Assembly (NCBI RefSeq): GCF_000014265.1
Contig: NC_008312.1
Span: 4,140,001 to 4,172,000 of the forward strand
DNA from: Trichodesmium erythraeum IMS101
GTDB taxonomy: Bacteria; Cyanobacteriota; Cyanobacteriia; Cyanobacteriales; Microcoleaceae
Direction: 5' to 3'
DNA: 32,000 nucleotides
The position numbers were made by a program, and so were the translations under genes. Below the pieces are notes generated by a model that saw only the letters and a list, made by a program, of their open reading frames with translations, had not been told where the DNA came from and ran no database searches. Below, in pieces: positions 9,439-19,428 of the stretch (the first letter of the stretch is position 1; every line of letters begins with the position of its first letter).

Positions 9439-10699
9439 TTATGGATAAAGTAGTATTCCCAAAATTCCTGCGATGGGAATTATCAGAATAACATCAACTT
9501 TGAAGCGTAAGAGAGCAAACAACCCACCGATTAAAATTAAAGCTGAGACCAAATGAATTTCAACACCTTGTAATAAAATAAATGCTGTAGTAAAAATTAT
9601 ACCAATTACAGCAGAACGAACGCCTTTTAATGCGGCCTGAATTGTAGATAAATTCTTAATCTGTTATAGTAAGTCAGAACAAGTCATCATCAACATTGCG
9701 GGGGGTAAAAACATACCAATAGTTGTAACCAAAGAACCTAGTATTCCCTTGACAGCATAACCAATGAAAGCCGCACTAATGAGCATGGGACCAGGTGTTA
9801 TTTGACTTAAAGCGATCGCACTGGCAAATTATGTTTGGGTTACCCATCCATAAGTATTGATAACAGTCTATTGAATCATAGGAATGAAAACATAACCACC
9901 ACCAAACAAAGTTAGGCTCATCCCTGAAAAAACCATAAAAAGTTTAGCTAGACTAGTATTTTCCAAAAAAGGAAGTGGAACTAAATACAAAACCAAGAAC
10001 GCTGAGAGAACAAAGAAAGAAAGAACTAATTTTGTCTTTGAGATTAATGGAGAAGTGGTAGAATTAGAGATATTACTAGTAGATAGTTCACTAGCAGTAG
10101 TATCATAATATAAAAGGTAACCAAAAATTCCAGACCCTAGTACAATAAGCAAAGTTGTGTAAAATCCTTATACAAACTTGAGAATGATGAAGGCGGCAAC
10201 GGCAATTGAAATAGACTGCCAATTTTTAAGTGTTCTAATTGTTTTTTTACTCAGTCCCCATATAGCTACTAATATAATGGCAACCATAGCTGGAATAAAT
10301 CCAGCAAAAGCTTTACTAATGGCAGAAATTTCACCTACTTGAAAGTAAAAAGCCGTAAAGCTGACAACGAGAATATAGGTGGGTAGCAATACTCCAGTAG
10401 TGCTGGCAAATGCTCCTCTAATTCCTCAAATTTTTAACTTATGTAAGCGACAACATTTACCGCAACCGGTCCGGGAAGAATTGTTGCCAGAGAGATACCA
10501 TCAAGTATTTCTTCATGAGATAGTAGCTTATATTGTCGAACAATTATACTTTCACACACTGAAACCAGTGCCAGAAAGCCCCCAAAAGATGTACTCCCAA
10601 TTTTCAAACAATTTTCAAAAATGCCCAAAATAGAAAACTTTCTTTCTTTAACTTTGATTTAGCATCATTTGGGGTTGAAGTATCAATCATTCTGCCCAT
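9439..10699 (-). pseudogene. chrA: Decayed second copy of the chromate transporter gene
   Basis: Collinear by-eye nucleotide alignment with 2265..3515. The reading frame is broken into track ORFs 9868..10152, 10168..10389 and 10434..10628, each closely matching parts of the intact ChrA. Further stops occur in 9439..9867, for example ctgttatagtaagtc versus ctgttctagtaagtc. Confidence 0.85.
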
Positions 10700-10757
10700 T
10701 TTATAAACATCCTGATCATAGATTTTATTATCTATTGATCAGTGATATTTAATAGCT

Positions 10758-11032
10758 TTCAGTAAAAATAATTATTGTTCTCGTCGTTTTTTATCTTTGA
10801 CATCCATAATATCTCTGACTAGAGCTTTAGTTTTTTCATTTTGTAAATTAAACTAAGCAATTTCTTCGTGACTAAACGTTCTAAATTCTCCTAACTTTCA
10901 AAAATTTTGATTTCTTTTTTTGTTGCCTTACTCAGATATTGATTAGAATTTTTCTTGATAATAGGTTTAGAGACATTAGACAATAGAATACTAGATGATG
11001 CTGTAGTTATAAGCTTCCCTTGACTTATTTGA
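10758..11032 (-). pseudogene. Decayed fragment of the sulfotransferase gene (matches 3869..4185)
   Basis: ataatt(a)ttgttctcgtcgttttttatctttgacatc...ttttcattttgta.at.aaact..gcaatttcttc and ...ttagaatttttcttgataataggtttaga.acattagac match the intact gene. The fragment has an internal deletion and stops. Confidence 0.75.
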
Positions 11033-11286
11033 GGCCATGCACCGAAAGACAGCACTTGCTAATGTCTGAAATCTGGGACTAGGTCCTCACACGGTATCCC
11101 CGTGGGAAGTAATTTAACCTTCATAAGTATCAGAGTTATCCTTTTAAAGGACTGAGCAAATGTAAAACGTTAGAGTTTACTTAGGTCAAAGGAATTGCAT
11201 ACCCTCAATAATAGGATTTATCCTGACTTCTGCTGGGGTAGTTCACAGTAGCAAATACATCTATAAAATATCTATTAGAGTTTCTT

Positions 11287-11547
11287 GTGGTAAACACTAC
11301 ACAAAAAAGACCAGTAAAGTATGTAGGTTCAAATATTGCCCTATTACTGACTCCATACCTACAAAAATTAGCAAAATTGCTCTATCGCACTTATCTCGAG
11401 ACCCATCCTAGCCAAGTTAGACTTCCTCAAGGTGTGGCCATTAGTCTCATTAGTTATCGAGCTGGTCTAATATTCTCCCAAAAGCCAATTTTATTACCAG
11501 GGGAATTTTTTGTCCCTTTAGAGTTGATTGAATCAAAAATTTATTGA
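11287..11547 (+). CDS. Hypothetical protein (GTG start in track); coding status uncertain
   Basis: 86-aa ORF only. No motif recognised, and it lies next to decayed sequence. Confidence 0.25.
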   Translation: MVNTTQKRPVKYVGSNIALLLTPYLQKLAKLLYRTYLETHPSQVRLPQGVAISLISYRAGLIFSQKPILLPGEFFVPLELIESKIY

Positions 11548-11935
11548 TAAATTAGTTTTGATTTTATACTCTCCGCCATATAGAACTTGGCTCCTTAAAC
11601 AGTGAAAATTTCGACTCTTAAAGGGATGATCAAACTCCATCTACGAACCCCCAGAAAATCTCAAAGTTATTCCTATTTCAGGATATAAGAATATTAGTAG
11701 CCCTAGATAGTAGTGGTAGATAGAATAATTTGGTGATGGGTTTATTGGAGTATTGGTCAAACTTTTTTCTTTTAAGCCATCAGGTATAGGCTCATGAGCA
11801 ATTGGCACGATACACTAATTAAGTTAACAAATCTTCACTTGACTGTAAAATTAATTATGCCAGAAGTAATGAGAAAAGATTAGAAGGAAGTAACCTCAAA
11901 AGCTAGGAATGTCACTTTGAACTTTTGATAATTAT

Positions 11936-12757
11936 ATGGATTTACTTATAATGTGGCCTCTAACTCTAATTGTATTTCCCCTAGGCGCATCTATTGGTAG
12001 CTTTCTCAACGTTGTCATTTATCGGATACCTGCAGGATTATCTATTCTGTGGCCTCCATCTCGATGTCCCAAATGTCATAGTAGATTAAAAGCTACAGAA
12101 AATATCCCTATATTTGGTTGGCTACGGTTGCGCGGACGTTGTGGTCATTGTCATAGCCCTATTTCTATTCGCTATCCAATAGTAGAATTAATTACAGCCT
12201 TACTATTTTTAGTTGTTTTTGGGAAATTTGGAATTACTATCTCTACCCTAGGCTACTGGTTTTTTTTTAGTTGGTTACTGGCTTTGTCTATGATTGACTT
12301 GGACACTATGACTCTGCCTAATCCTTTAACTCAATCAGGGTTAATTGTAGGTTTGTTTTTTCAAATGCTTACCACATTTGAAGAAAATTTTCAAGTAAAT
12401 AATCTAGTAAATTATTTGATAATAGGTATTATTGGAGCGGTAGTTGGTCTATGGCTTTTTGACTTAATATCTATATTTGGTTCCATAGCTTTTGGGCAAA
12501 CAGTTATGGGTGGAGGAGATGCCAAACTAGCAGCGATGATAGGAGCTTGGTTGGGCTGGAAATATTTATTATTAACTTGTTTTCTGGCCTGTGCTATGGG
12601 AGCACTTGTTGGTGGAGGAGCGATCGCCTTACGTTTACTAGATCGACGACAACCAATACCTTTTGGACCATTTTTAGCAATGGGGGCTGGTTTAACCGTT
12701 ATCTGGGGTGATAATATACTATCTACTTACCTTAATCTTTTTTTTCCTGGGTTCTAA
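11936..12757 (+). CDS. pilD: Type IV prepilin peptidase / N-methyltransferase (peptidase A24)
   Basis: Cys-pair motif CPKCHSRL...CGHCHSPI, polytopic membrane profile, and catalytic Asp motifs (MIDLDTMTLP and GGGDAKLAAMIGAWLG). Confidence 0.9.
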   Translation: MDLLIMWPLTLIVFPLGASIGSFLNVVIYRIPAGLSILWPPSRCPKCHSRLKATENIPIFGWLRLRGRCGHCHSPISIRYPIVELITALLFLVVFGKFGITISTLGYWFFFSWLLALSMIDLDTMTLPNPLTQSGLIVGLFFQMLTTFEENFQVNNLVNYLIIGIIGAVVGLWLFDLISIFGSIAFGQTVMGGGDAKLAAMIGAWLGWKYLLLTCFLACAMGALVGGGAIALRLLDRRQPIPFGPFLAMGAGLTVIWGDNILSTYLNLFFPGF

Positions 12758-13086
12758 TTTTTCCCTGAGTTCTAATCTTGATTTTTAGAGATTAGGGAGT
12801 TTGGCCACAGTTTTTTATATAAAAATACACCAAAATTATCAAACTAAATTTTACAATATTACATAGATTACTTGAATTTATAGTCCATGAACAGAAATTA
12901 GGATATAGAATTTTAATGGCATAACAAAGTATGTCATCAATGTACTCATCCAGAATTTTCTTATATTGCTCTAACCTTAACTTGTAGAACTAAAGATTTT
13001 TTGCCTGAAAACTTATTTTAATAAAAGTATAATGGTGAGCTTTAGCAAAAGTATAATCACAAAATAATTAACTCAAAAATATTTTA

Positions 13087-14067
13087 ATGTCTCTATTTGA
13101 TTGGTTTGCAAATCGACGGAAATCATCTCAGGACCCTCAACAGAGACCTGAGCGAGAAATTGCTGATGGACTTTGGATCAAATGTGAAGCTTGTGGTACT
13201 CTGACTTACACAAAAGACCTACAAGCAAATCAAATGGTTTGCCCAGAATGCACACACCATATACGAGTATCTAGTGAACAGCGAATTCAGCAATTAATAG
13301 ATTTTAACACCTGGGTGCCAATTGACCCAGAACTCAGAGCAACAGACCCTTTAAAATTTAGCGATCGCAAACCATACAGTGATCGACTCCTTGAATATCA
13401 AAGAAAAACTGGGCTTCCAGATGCTGTACAGACAGGTATCGGCAATATTGAAACTGAACCTGTGGCCTTGGGAGTTATGGACTTTGGATTTATGGGAGGA
13501 AGTATGGGTTCAGTTGTGGGAGAAAAACTGACCAGATTAATCGAAAAGGCCACTCAAGAAAGTTTACCTGTAATAATTATTTGTGCTTCTGGTGGAGCCA
13601 GAATGCAAGAAGGTCTTTTAAGTCTGATGCAAATGGCCAAGATCTCTGGTGCTCTAGAACAGCATAGAGAAGCTAAACAGCTATATATTCCAATTTTAAC
13701 TCATCCGACTACAGGTGGTGTAACTGCAAGTTTTGCCATGCTTGGAGATATTATTATCGCTGAACCAAAAGCCACAATAGGTTTTGCTGGACGGCGGGTG
13801 ATTGAACAAACAGTTCGTGAAAAGCTACCCGAAAACTTTCAGACTTCTGAGTATCTATTGAAACATGGTTTTATAGATGCCATTGTACCTCGTACCCAGT
13901 TAAAGAAAACTCTAGTTAAGTTAATTCGCTTGCATAAACCTCATTCTCTTACCTTAATTTCCGATGAATCATTAGAAACTGGACCACACTGTCATTTACC
14001 CTTTCAGGCAGAGTCACATAATTTATCAACAACTGATAATAAAATTCAACCCACACCTCAGGGTTAA
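13087..14067 (+). CDS. accD: Acetyl-CoA carboxylase carboxyltransferase beta subunit
   Basis: N-terminal zinc ribbon ([26 protein letters not shown]) followed by a carboxyltransferase domain ([24 protein letters not shown]). Confidence 0.95.
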   Translation: MSLFDWFANRRKSSQDPQQRPEREIADGLWIKCEACGTLTYTKDLQANQMVCPECTHHIRVSSEQRIQQLIDFNTWVPIDPELRATDPLKFSDRKPYSDRLLEYQRKTGLPDAVQTGIGNIETEPVALGVMDFGFMGGSMGSVVGEKLTRLIEKATQESLPVIIICASGGARMQEGLLSLMQMAKISGALEQHREAKQLYIPILTHPTTGGVTASFAMLGDIIIAEPKATIGFAGRRVIEQTVREKLPENFQTSEYLLKHGFIDAIVPRTQLKKTLVKLIRLHKPHSLTLISDESLETGPHCHLPFQAESHNLSTTDNKIQPTPQG

Positions 14068-14412
14068 ATTCTCAGTTTTTGATGGCTGAAGTAAAAAGGG
14101 GTGAATTGGCCCGAGAACATGAAAAATGTCCTTATGGTACTGACAAATTTTCTGAGAGAAAAAATGCCTGGAGAAGGCAGCAGAACTCAGCAAATCTTAG
14201 TCTGGGCCAAATCATTCTGTCTATTATCTAAAACTATCTAAAACCTTTGCTTTTCCAAGGACTTATGCTTTTGGGAGATATGGTCCTTTGTCTGTCTATA
14301 ATTAAGTTTATTTTTTACTTGTCAGTCCCAATAACCCCCCTGAGAACTGTTGTCAAAAATTTTTTTATTAGCTTTATCTAAATTAAATTAAAATATAAAT
14401 TAACAAAATATT

Positions 14413-14598
14413 ATGGGTTTTGCAGATATATCAATCCAAGAAATAGCGGAAGACTTTAATGTCCATGTAAATGAGGTACTTCGTCTGTGTGACCAAATGA
14501 GGATTTCTTATAAACATTCTCAAACTCGTTTGGCCTTAGAGGATGCCAAAGCAATTATGTCTCATTTACTAGCTCAACAACAAAAGTCTGATTCCTAA
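14413..14598 (+). CDS. Small protein resembling the IF-2 N-terminal (IF2_N) domain
   Basis: 61-aa ORF. The ISIQEIAEDFNVHVNEVLRLCDQMRISYK pattern resembles the IF2_N helical motif. Assignment rests on pattern memory only. Confidence 0.45.
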   Translation: MGFADISIQEIAEDFNVHVNEVLRLCDQMRISYKHSQTRLALEDAKAIMSHLLAQQQKSDS

Positions 14599-14772
14599 TA
14601 AAAGTTATTAAGTACTTGACTAATTGACACCTGAAGACCGATAAATAAAAATTAGAGAAAAGTTAAACAAACCTAAAGTTTTGTAACTTTTGGTTCCTGC
14701 ATAAATATTTCTAGTAATCAACATACTTGTATTGGTTGATTAACTAACTTGCCAGTTTTAAGGAGAAGAAAC

Positions 14773-15258
14773 TTGAAAAAATTTTTCATATCTGTGGTTT
14801 TTATAGTATTGCTGACATTTACAACGTTCATCAACAGTGCCACTGCTGCCAAATTAGATGATAATGTTCGTACTTTACCTCTGAATGAGGACAAAGAAGT
14901 TGTACTTACTATTAAAGAATACACACAAGGCAAAAGGGAATTTACTAATGTTTGTTCTCAGTGTCATGTAGGAGGAATTACCAAAACAAATCCTGATGTT
15001 TCTTTAGACCCAGAAACTTTAGCATTGGCCTATCCAGCACGAGATAACATAGAAGGTCTGATAGACTATATGCAAAACCCTACTACTTATGATGGGTTTA
15101 TTGAGATATCTGAATTTCACCCAAGTATCAAGAGTGCTGATATTTACCCAGAAATGAGAAATCTCACTGAGGATGATCTATATGCGATCGCCGGTTACAT
15201 TCTTGTACAACCTAAAGTTCTAGGTAAACAGTGGGGAGGCGGTAAAATCTTCCGCTAA
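14773..15258 (+). CDS. psbV: Photosystem II cytochrome c-550
   Basis: Signal peptide, heme motif CSQCHVGG, sixth-ligand His in EFHPS, and YPEMRNLTEDD...WGGGKIF. The track ORF starts at TTG 14749. I prefer the in-frame TTG at 14773 (LKKFFISVV...), which follows AAGGAG by 7 nt and matches PsbV N-termini. Confidence 0.9.
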   Translation: MKKFFISVVFIVLLTFTTFINSATAAKLDDNVRTLPLNEDKEVVLTIKEYTQGKREFTNVCSQCHVGGITKTNPDVSLDPETLALAYPARDNIEGLIDYMQNPTTYDGFIEISEFHPSIKSADIYPEMRNLTEDDLYAIAGYILVQPKVLGKQWGGGKIFR

Positions 15259-15525
15259 TATTCTTTTTGTTGAAAATATTGATTAATGATTTTAGATTAT
15301 TGTTTTTTTGATGGGAGATAAAGTTTTCTGTTAATTAAACCCTAATCTAAAATCAGTTATTGATGTTTAATATTTATAAATAGGTAGGCATAAAATTTAC
15401 GTTTTTACAAAAAATTTCAAAAAGAAACTAGAAGCAATTTATAAACTGTTTCTCACTGTTTTGAATTCATCAATTTTTAGAACAATTAAAACTACCTACC
15501 TAGTTACCAAAGTAATTAAAGTATC

Positions 15526-16023
15526 ATGTTGAATAAATCATTACTGATTCGTTTTGTACTAACAATATTAATTATTGTTCAGGTAATAATTTTTGATACT
15601 CAACCAGTTCAAGCTGCTGTAGATTCATATGTCAAAAGGTATTTAGATGCAGAAATACCAGTAGGAATTAAATTAAATAAGCAAGGTGAGCTAAAGAATT
15701 TTTCTGCTGAAGATTTATCTGAGGGTAAACAAACTTTTGCTAAAAATTGTCTAAATTGTCATGTAGGGGGGGCAAATTTAGTTAATCCTTCAGTATCTCT
15801 ATCCTTGGAAAAACTTAAGGGAGCAACACCTCCAAGAGATGATCTGAATAACTTAGTTGCTTTCTTGAGAGACCCGATGATATATGACGGTAGTAGTTAT
15901 ACACTTTTCTGTCGTCAAATTACTGAAAATTGGATGTCTCAACAGGAAGTAGAAAATATAGCGGCATTTATTTTAAGGGCTGCACAGAAAGCTCCTTATT
16001 GGGGAGTAGAAAATGTTCGCTGA
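15526..16023 (+). CDS. psbV2: Cytochrome c-550-like protein PsbV2
   Basis: Signal peptide and heme motif CLNCHVGG. Overall PsbV-like, but it has Cys (YTLFCRQ) at the position of the PsbV distal His. It lies immediately downstream of psbV. Confidence 0.8.
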   Translation: MLNKSLLIRFVLTILIIVQVIIFDTQPVQAAVDSYVKRYLDAEIPVGIKLNKQGELKNFSAEDLSEGKQTFAKNCLNCHVGGANLVNPSVSLSLEKLKGATPPRDDLNNLVAFLRDPMIYDGSSYTLFCRQITENWMSQQEVENIAAFILRAAQKAPYWGVENVR

Positions 16024-16348
16024 TATACTCCCTGGCCTTTACAGTGGGAGTGTTGTGACTTCACTGAAATTGCATAGCAGAAACATTAACTCCTGTCCCT
16101 ATATTTTGATCCTTCCTCAACTTTTTTCTGGTCTGGGGTGAAGGTACATCAGAGCAATTTTCCTGCGCGGTATACTCCAGTAGGAATTTTGCATATAACC
16201 TCCCTACTGGTTTTGGCTGATGATGATCTGGTTCATCAATTTTAAAAATGCTGTCGTCTTTTTTCTTTAAACCCTTGAGCTGCTGTCAACTGTAGTCACA
16301 ATTCAAACAAGAAGAAAATCACTTAGATAAATGCTGTGATGTATAATA

Positions 16349-18544
16349 TTAATATCGGCTCTGAACCTGTGTCACTTCTGTTGCTGTAGATGCTCCGATA
16401 CGGGGTGCAGGTGGGTCAGAAAGCTGGGAATTAGATATATCCAAATCATCCAGTGGTTTAACTTGAAAACTTGCAGAAATATCTGCTCCGTTAACAATAA
16501 CTCCTAAAAATTTTGGCCCAGATGTACTTTCTTCATCTTCTTCGTCATTTGTTAGCTGTTCTATAATTTCTGTCAGTATACCTGATGTAGTATAATATGG
16601 TCGAGTTATAATAATCATTCCATCAGTATATGGCTCCAGAATAAAAGCGTCATTATTCTGGTTCAGACAAGAAGTATCTAGAATGACAAAATCAAAACGA
16701 TGTCGGGAGTCTGAAAGTAACTTTTGCATTTCACTAGATTCTATTATTCTTCCTGGTTGTTTGACAACAGCAGGGCTAGGTATAATATAAAGGTTTTCTA
16801 CCTCTAATACTTGTCTAATACAACTATTAATATCCCCATAATAACGGAGTGGTTCAACACAGCTATCTGGATCAGGAAAAATTTTGAGGGACTCAGCTTT
16901 TGATGGTGACCTTAAGTCGGTTTCAATGAGAAGTGTTCGTTTACCTGCTCGTGCCGCAGCGATCGCTAAATTATAAGCACAAAATGTTTTCCCTTCTCCT
17001 TTAACTCCACTACTCAAAAGCACAACTTTTGGAGCTTGACTTCCCTGAAGAGACAAGTTTGTCCGCAACTTTTCATAGAATTCTAGTTCTGGTGAATTAC
17101 GCTCTATTAACAAAGGCATTTTCTCTAACTTCATATCTGGGTCAAAATTTATCACATCAGGCAATACTCCCAATAAGGGCACCTCTTTTTCTTTTAAAAC
17201 TATTTTAATTTCTTCCCAATAATAGAACTTACCAGAAAGCATTCCCAAGATAAAAATTAAACCTCCACCAAGAACTATACCTGCAATTCCTCCTCCTACC
17301 ATCATTAAAGGCATTGCTATTTCTCCTGTCTTACCTAGCTTACTAACATAAGCTTCCTCAGAAACCGTTAAACTGCTAGTTATCTCTGCCTCTGCTACCT
17401 CAGCATCTTCTAAGGTAGATCGCATCTGATCAAGACGAGACTTTTTCAGAGCAACTTTTTCTTGCAACTGAGTCAGTTCTAATTGCTTATTAGGAATATT
17501 TCTATACTCTAATTGTAATTTTTGCTCAGTTTCAATTGTTGTCTGTAATTGTCGTTGTAACTGCTCTTTTTGAGCTTTTAAAGCAATTAGAGTTTCTGCT
17601 AACTGTTGTCTTGTAGGGTCTAAAGAAGCATCAACTCTAATTTGCTCTACTTGTCTCAATGGTGCTGCAATACCATTACCTCCTAAAACTTCTGCGGCAC
17701 GTTGTTGTAGTTGTTGTTCTGCAACTTGTTTTCGCCTACGCAACTCAACTACGGGTGGATACTTTTCTGTAAAATCTAATAATAATTTATCTAACTCATT
17801 TTCTACTTGATACAACTCTACTCGGAGATTTGCTATAATTGGATCTGCTGCTAGTGCCCGGGCTACATAAGCTTGATCTGCAGTTAACCCTAACTGTTCT
17901 TCTAAACTATTAATTTGAGCTTCCACCCCTTCTAACTGTAATTTCATCTGAGTTTGTTGTTGTCGGTTACCTGCTATCTCTCCTGGTAAAGCACCTGCTC
18001 TTGATGTTATCAACAAAGCTTCTTCTTCTCTCTCAAATTTCTGTAGTTCTTGTTGAGTGTTTCTCAATTCTTCAATGGCTGCAGGCAAGCGCTTATTGAC
18101 TTCTTCAATAATAGCTCTTTGATAAGTAGTATTAATTTTTCGGCTTTGCTTGACTATTTCTGCCATCAGCATATTTACTATTTCTAGGGCTTTTGCCTTG
18201 TCTGTATCTTGATAAGATATTGTGTATATACCTTTTTTCTGTCGTAATTTCAGTATTTTTGGGTCTACCAAAAATTTTTCTGCTACTACTTTTCTAACTT
18301 CATCATTTAGCAACCTCTCTGTAGTAACTGCGGCAGCTTGTTCTTGAATTTTAGTACCAGTCTCAGAAAATAATACTGCAGGACGAATATTTATCAGTTT
18401 ACCTGCAATTGTATGTTTTGCTTTAGGAACTGGCCGCATAGCAACTATTCCTGAAACACCTAATGCTAGTGCAAAAGTTGCGACTCCGACCCACTTGTAT
18501 AGTTCTAAAACAATTAAATAACGTTTAACAATAGGTATAGCCAT
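16349..18544 (-). CDS. GumC/Wzc-like polysaccharide co-polymerase fused to a P-loop BY-kinase-like ATPase domain
   Basis: 731-aa ORF with an N-terminal TM, a long coiled-coil periplasmic region and a second TM. It then has Walker A (SSGVKGEGKTF), A' (LLIETDLRSP) and B (FDFVILDTS) motifs. Confidence 0.85.
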   Translation of the reverse strand: MAIPIVKRYLIVLELYKWVGVATFALALGVSGIVAMRPVPKAKHTIAGKLINIRPAVLFSETGTKIQEQAAAVTTERLLNDEVRKVVAEKFLVDPKILKLRQKKGIYTISYQDTDKAKALEIVNMLMAEIVKQSRKINTTYQRAIIEEVNKRLPAAIEELRNTQQELQKFEREEEALLITSRAGALPGEIAGNRQQQTQMKLQLEGVEAQINSLEEQLGLTADQAYVARALAADPIIANLRVELYQVENELDKLLLDFTEKYPPVVELRRRKQVAEQQLQQRAAEVLGGNGIAAPLRQVEQIRVDASLDPTRQQLAETLIALKAQKEQLQRQLQTTIETEQKLQLEYRNIPNKQLELTQLQEKVALKKSRLDQMRSTLEDAEVAEAEITSSLTVSEEAYVSKLGKTGEIAMPLMMVGGGIAGIVLGGGLIFILGMLSGKFYYWEEIKIVLKEKEVPLLGVLPDVINFDPDMKLEKMPLLIERNSPELEFYEKLRTNLSLQGSQAPKVVLLSSGVKGEGKTFCAYNLAIAAARAGKRTLLIETDLRSPSKAESLKIFPDPDSCVEPLRYYGDINSCIRQVLEVENLYIIPSPAVVKQPGRIIESSEMQKLLSDSRHRFDFVILDTSCLNQNNDAFILEPYTDGMIIITRPYYTTSGILTEIIEQLTNDEEDEESTSGPKFLGVIVNGADISASFQVKPLDDLDISNSQLSDPPAPRIGASTATEVTQVQSRY

Positions 18545-18850
18545 AATCCAATTTTTATTGATAAATAGAATATATTACAACTGAGTTTTTGGAGACTGTT
18601 TGTTATGCTAAAGGTGAAAAAAAGAATGTGTTTACATAATAAACGGAATAAAAGGACTTTACTTGAGGGCTGCTTTATCAAACTTAGACAAAACGCTACA
18701 TAGCCTGACTAGTTGATGTTGACTTCTTGCTGCTGCTGATGCCGTCGGTGGTTACTCATCCACAGCTATTCACGGGTTTTTCCTGACTCCATTTCTTAAG
18801 TTGATACTTACATTCAGATGGCGGTTTATAGATATCCTACTATTAGGTTT

Positions 18851-18979
18851 GATATCATGGCGACTTTGTTCTGATGGTGTTTTAATGGGGTTTATTTCTC
18901 CACTTTTTTCCCATCTAACTAAAGTGCGGACGTTGACTCCTAATATTTCACCAGCTTCTCTAGGTTTGACGAATTTTAC
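18851..18979 (-). pseudogene. Remnant of a MerR/excisionase-type HTH as found at the N-terminus of IS607-family serine-recombinase transposases
   Basis: Reverse-strand translation gives VKFVKPREAGEILGVNVRTLVRWEKSGEINPIKTPSEQSRHD, matching the pattern ..ILGV.V.TL.RW...G...P.RTP.G.RRYD. There is no ATG and no recombinase catalytic domain follows. Confidence 0.5.
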
Positions 18980-19428
18980 TACATTATTATTAAAGACAAC
19001 TAGTTTATTATATCACTTGATAACGTAAGTTGTCAACTAACTCAATTCTCTATTTTTCATTGTTTAGCTATGGCGATCGCCTAATTTTTATATCATCTCC
19101 TGTTGAATAATTCCACTTTGGAGGAGGTAAGGCAGGAGGCTCTGTGGCTATCAGCAAGAGGATAAAATTGGCATTTACACAGAATTTACCGACTGGCACG
19201 TCCTGACGGTGAGGATGAATACCAGAAAGCCTATAAATATTCTGTTTTCAAGGTTATTTGTCTAGGTCCTTATTATACTGCAATTTGATTGATATTCTGC
19301 CTAGCATTCTTGAGTAATGTATTAAATATGCTACATCAGTTTTAAAAAAAAATTTCGACCCCCTAAAGCGGGACAATAAAGGAAAAAGAAAAACAGGGCA
19401 AAGGGCAAAAGGGGAAAAGAGAAAAGGG

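Noticed and set aside
10379-10633. 84-aa plus-strand track ORF
   Set aside because: It is antisense to the decayed chrA copy. It is an artefact of the pseudogene region.
11040-11130. A GC-richer patch (gaggccatgcaccgaaagacagcac...cacggtatccccgtg) that looked like a structured RNA or group II intron fragment
   Set aside because: - I could find only a short local hairpin (cacgg/ccgtg).
- There is no match to the domain V consensus or any riboswitch core I know.
- No adjacent maturase or RT is present.
- It cannot be supported without covariance-model searches.
14082-14231. 49-codon ORF (MAEVKRGELAREHEKCPYGTDKF...) downstream of accD
   Set aside because: It is below the track threshold, with no ribosome-binding site evident and no recognisable family. 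It cannot be distinguished from chance.
14718-14933. 71-aa minus-strand track ORF
   Set aside because: It is antisense to the 5' end of psbV, which is confidently identified.
18801-19028. 75-aa plus-strand track ORF
   Set aside because: The opposite strand carries a clear MerR/IS607-type HTH remnant. The plus-strand translation has no features.
19030-19428. A search for a DGR template repeat, Avd or reverse transcriptase immediately downstream of the candidate VR, and elsewhere in the window
   Set aside because: - I found no second copy of the VR sequence.
- I found no AAC/AAT-rich repeat and no RT-like ORF in any frame.
- The DGR hypothesis therefore rests only on the VR codon pattern and needs whole-genome data.
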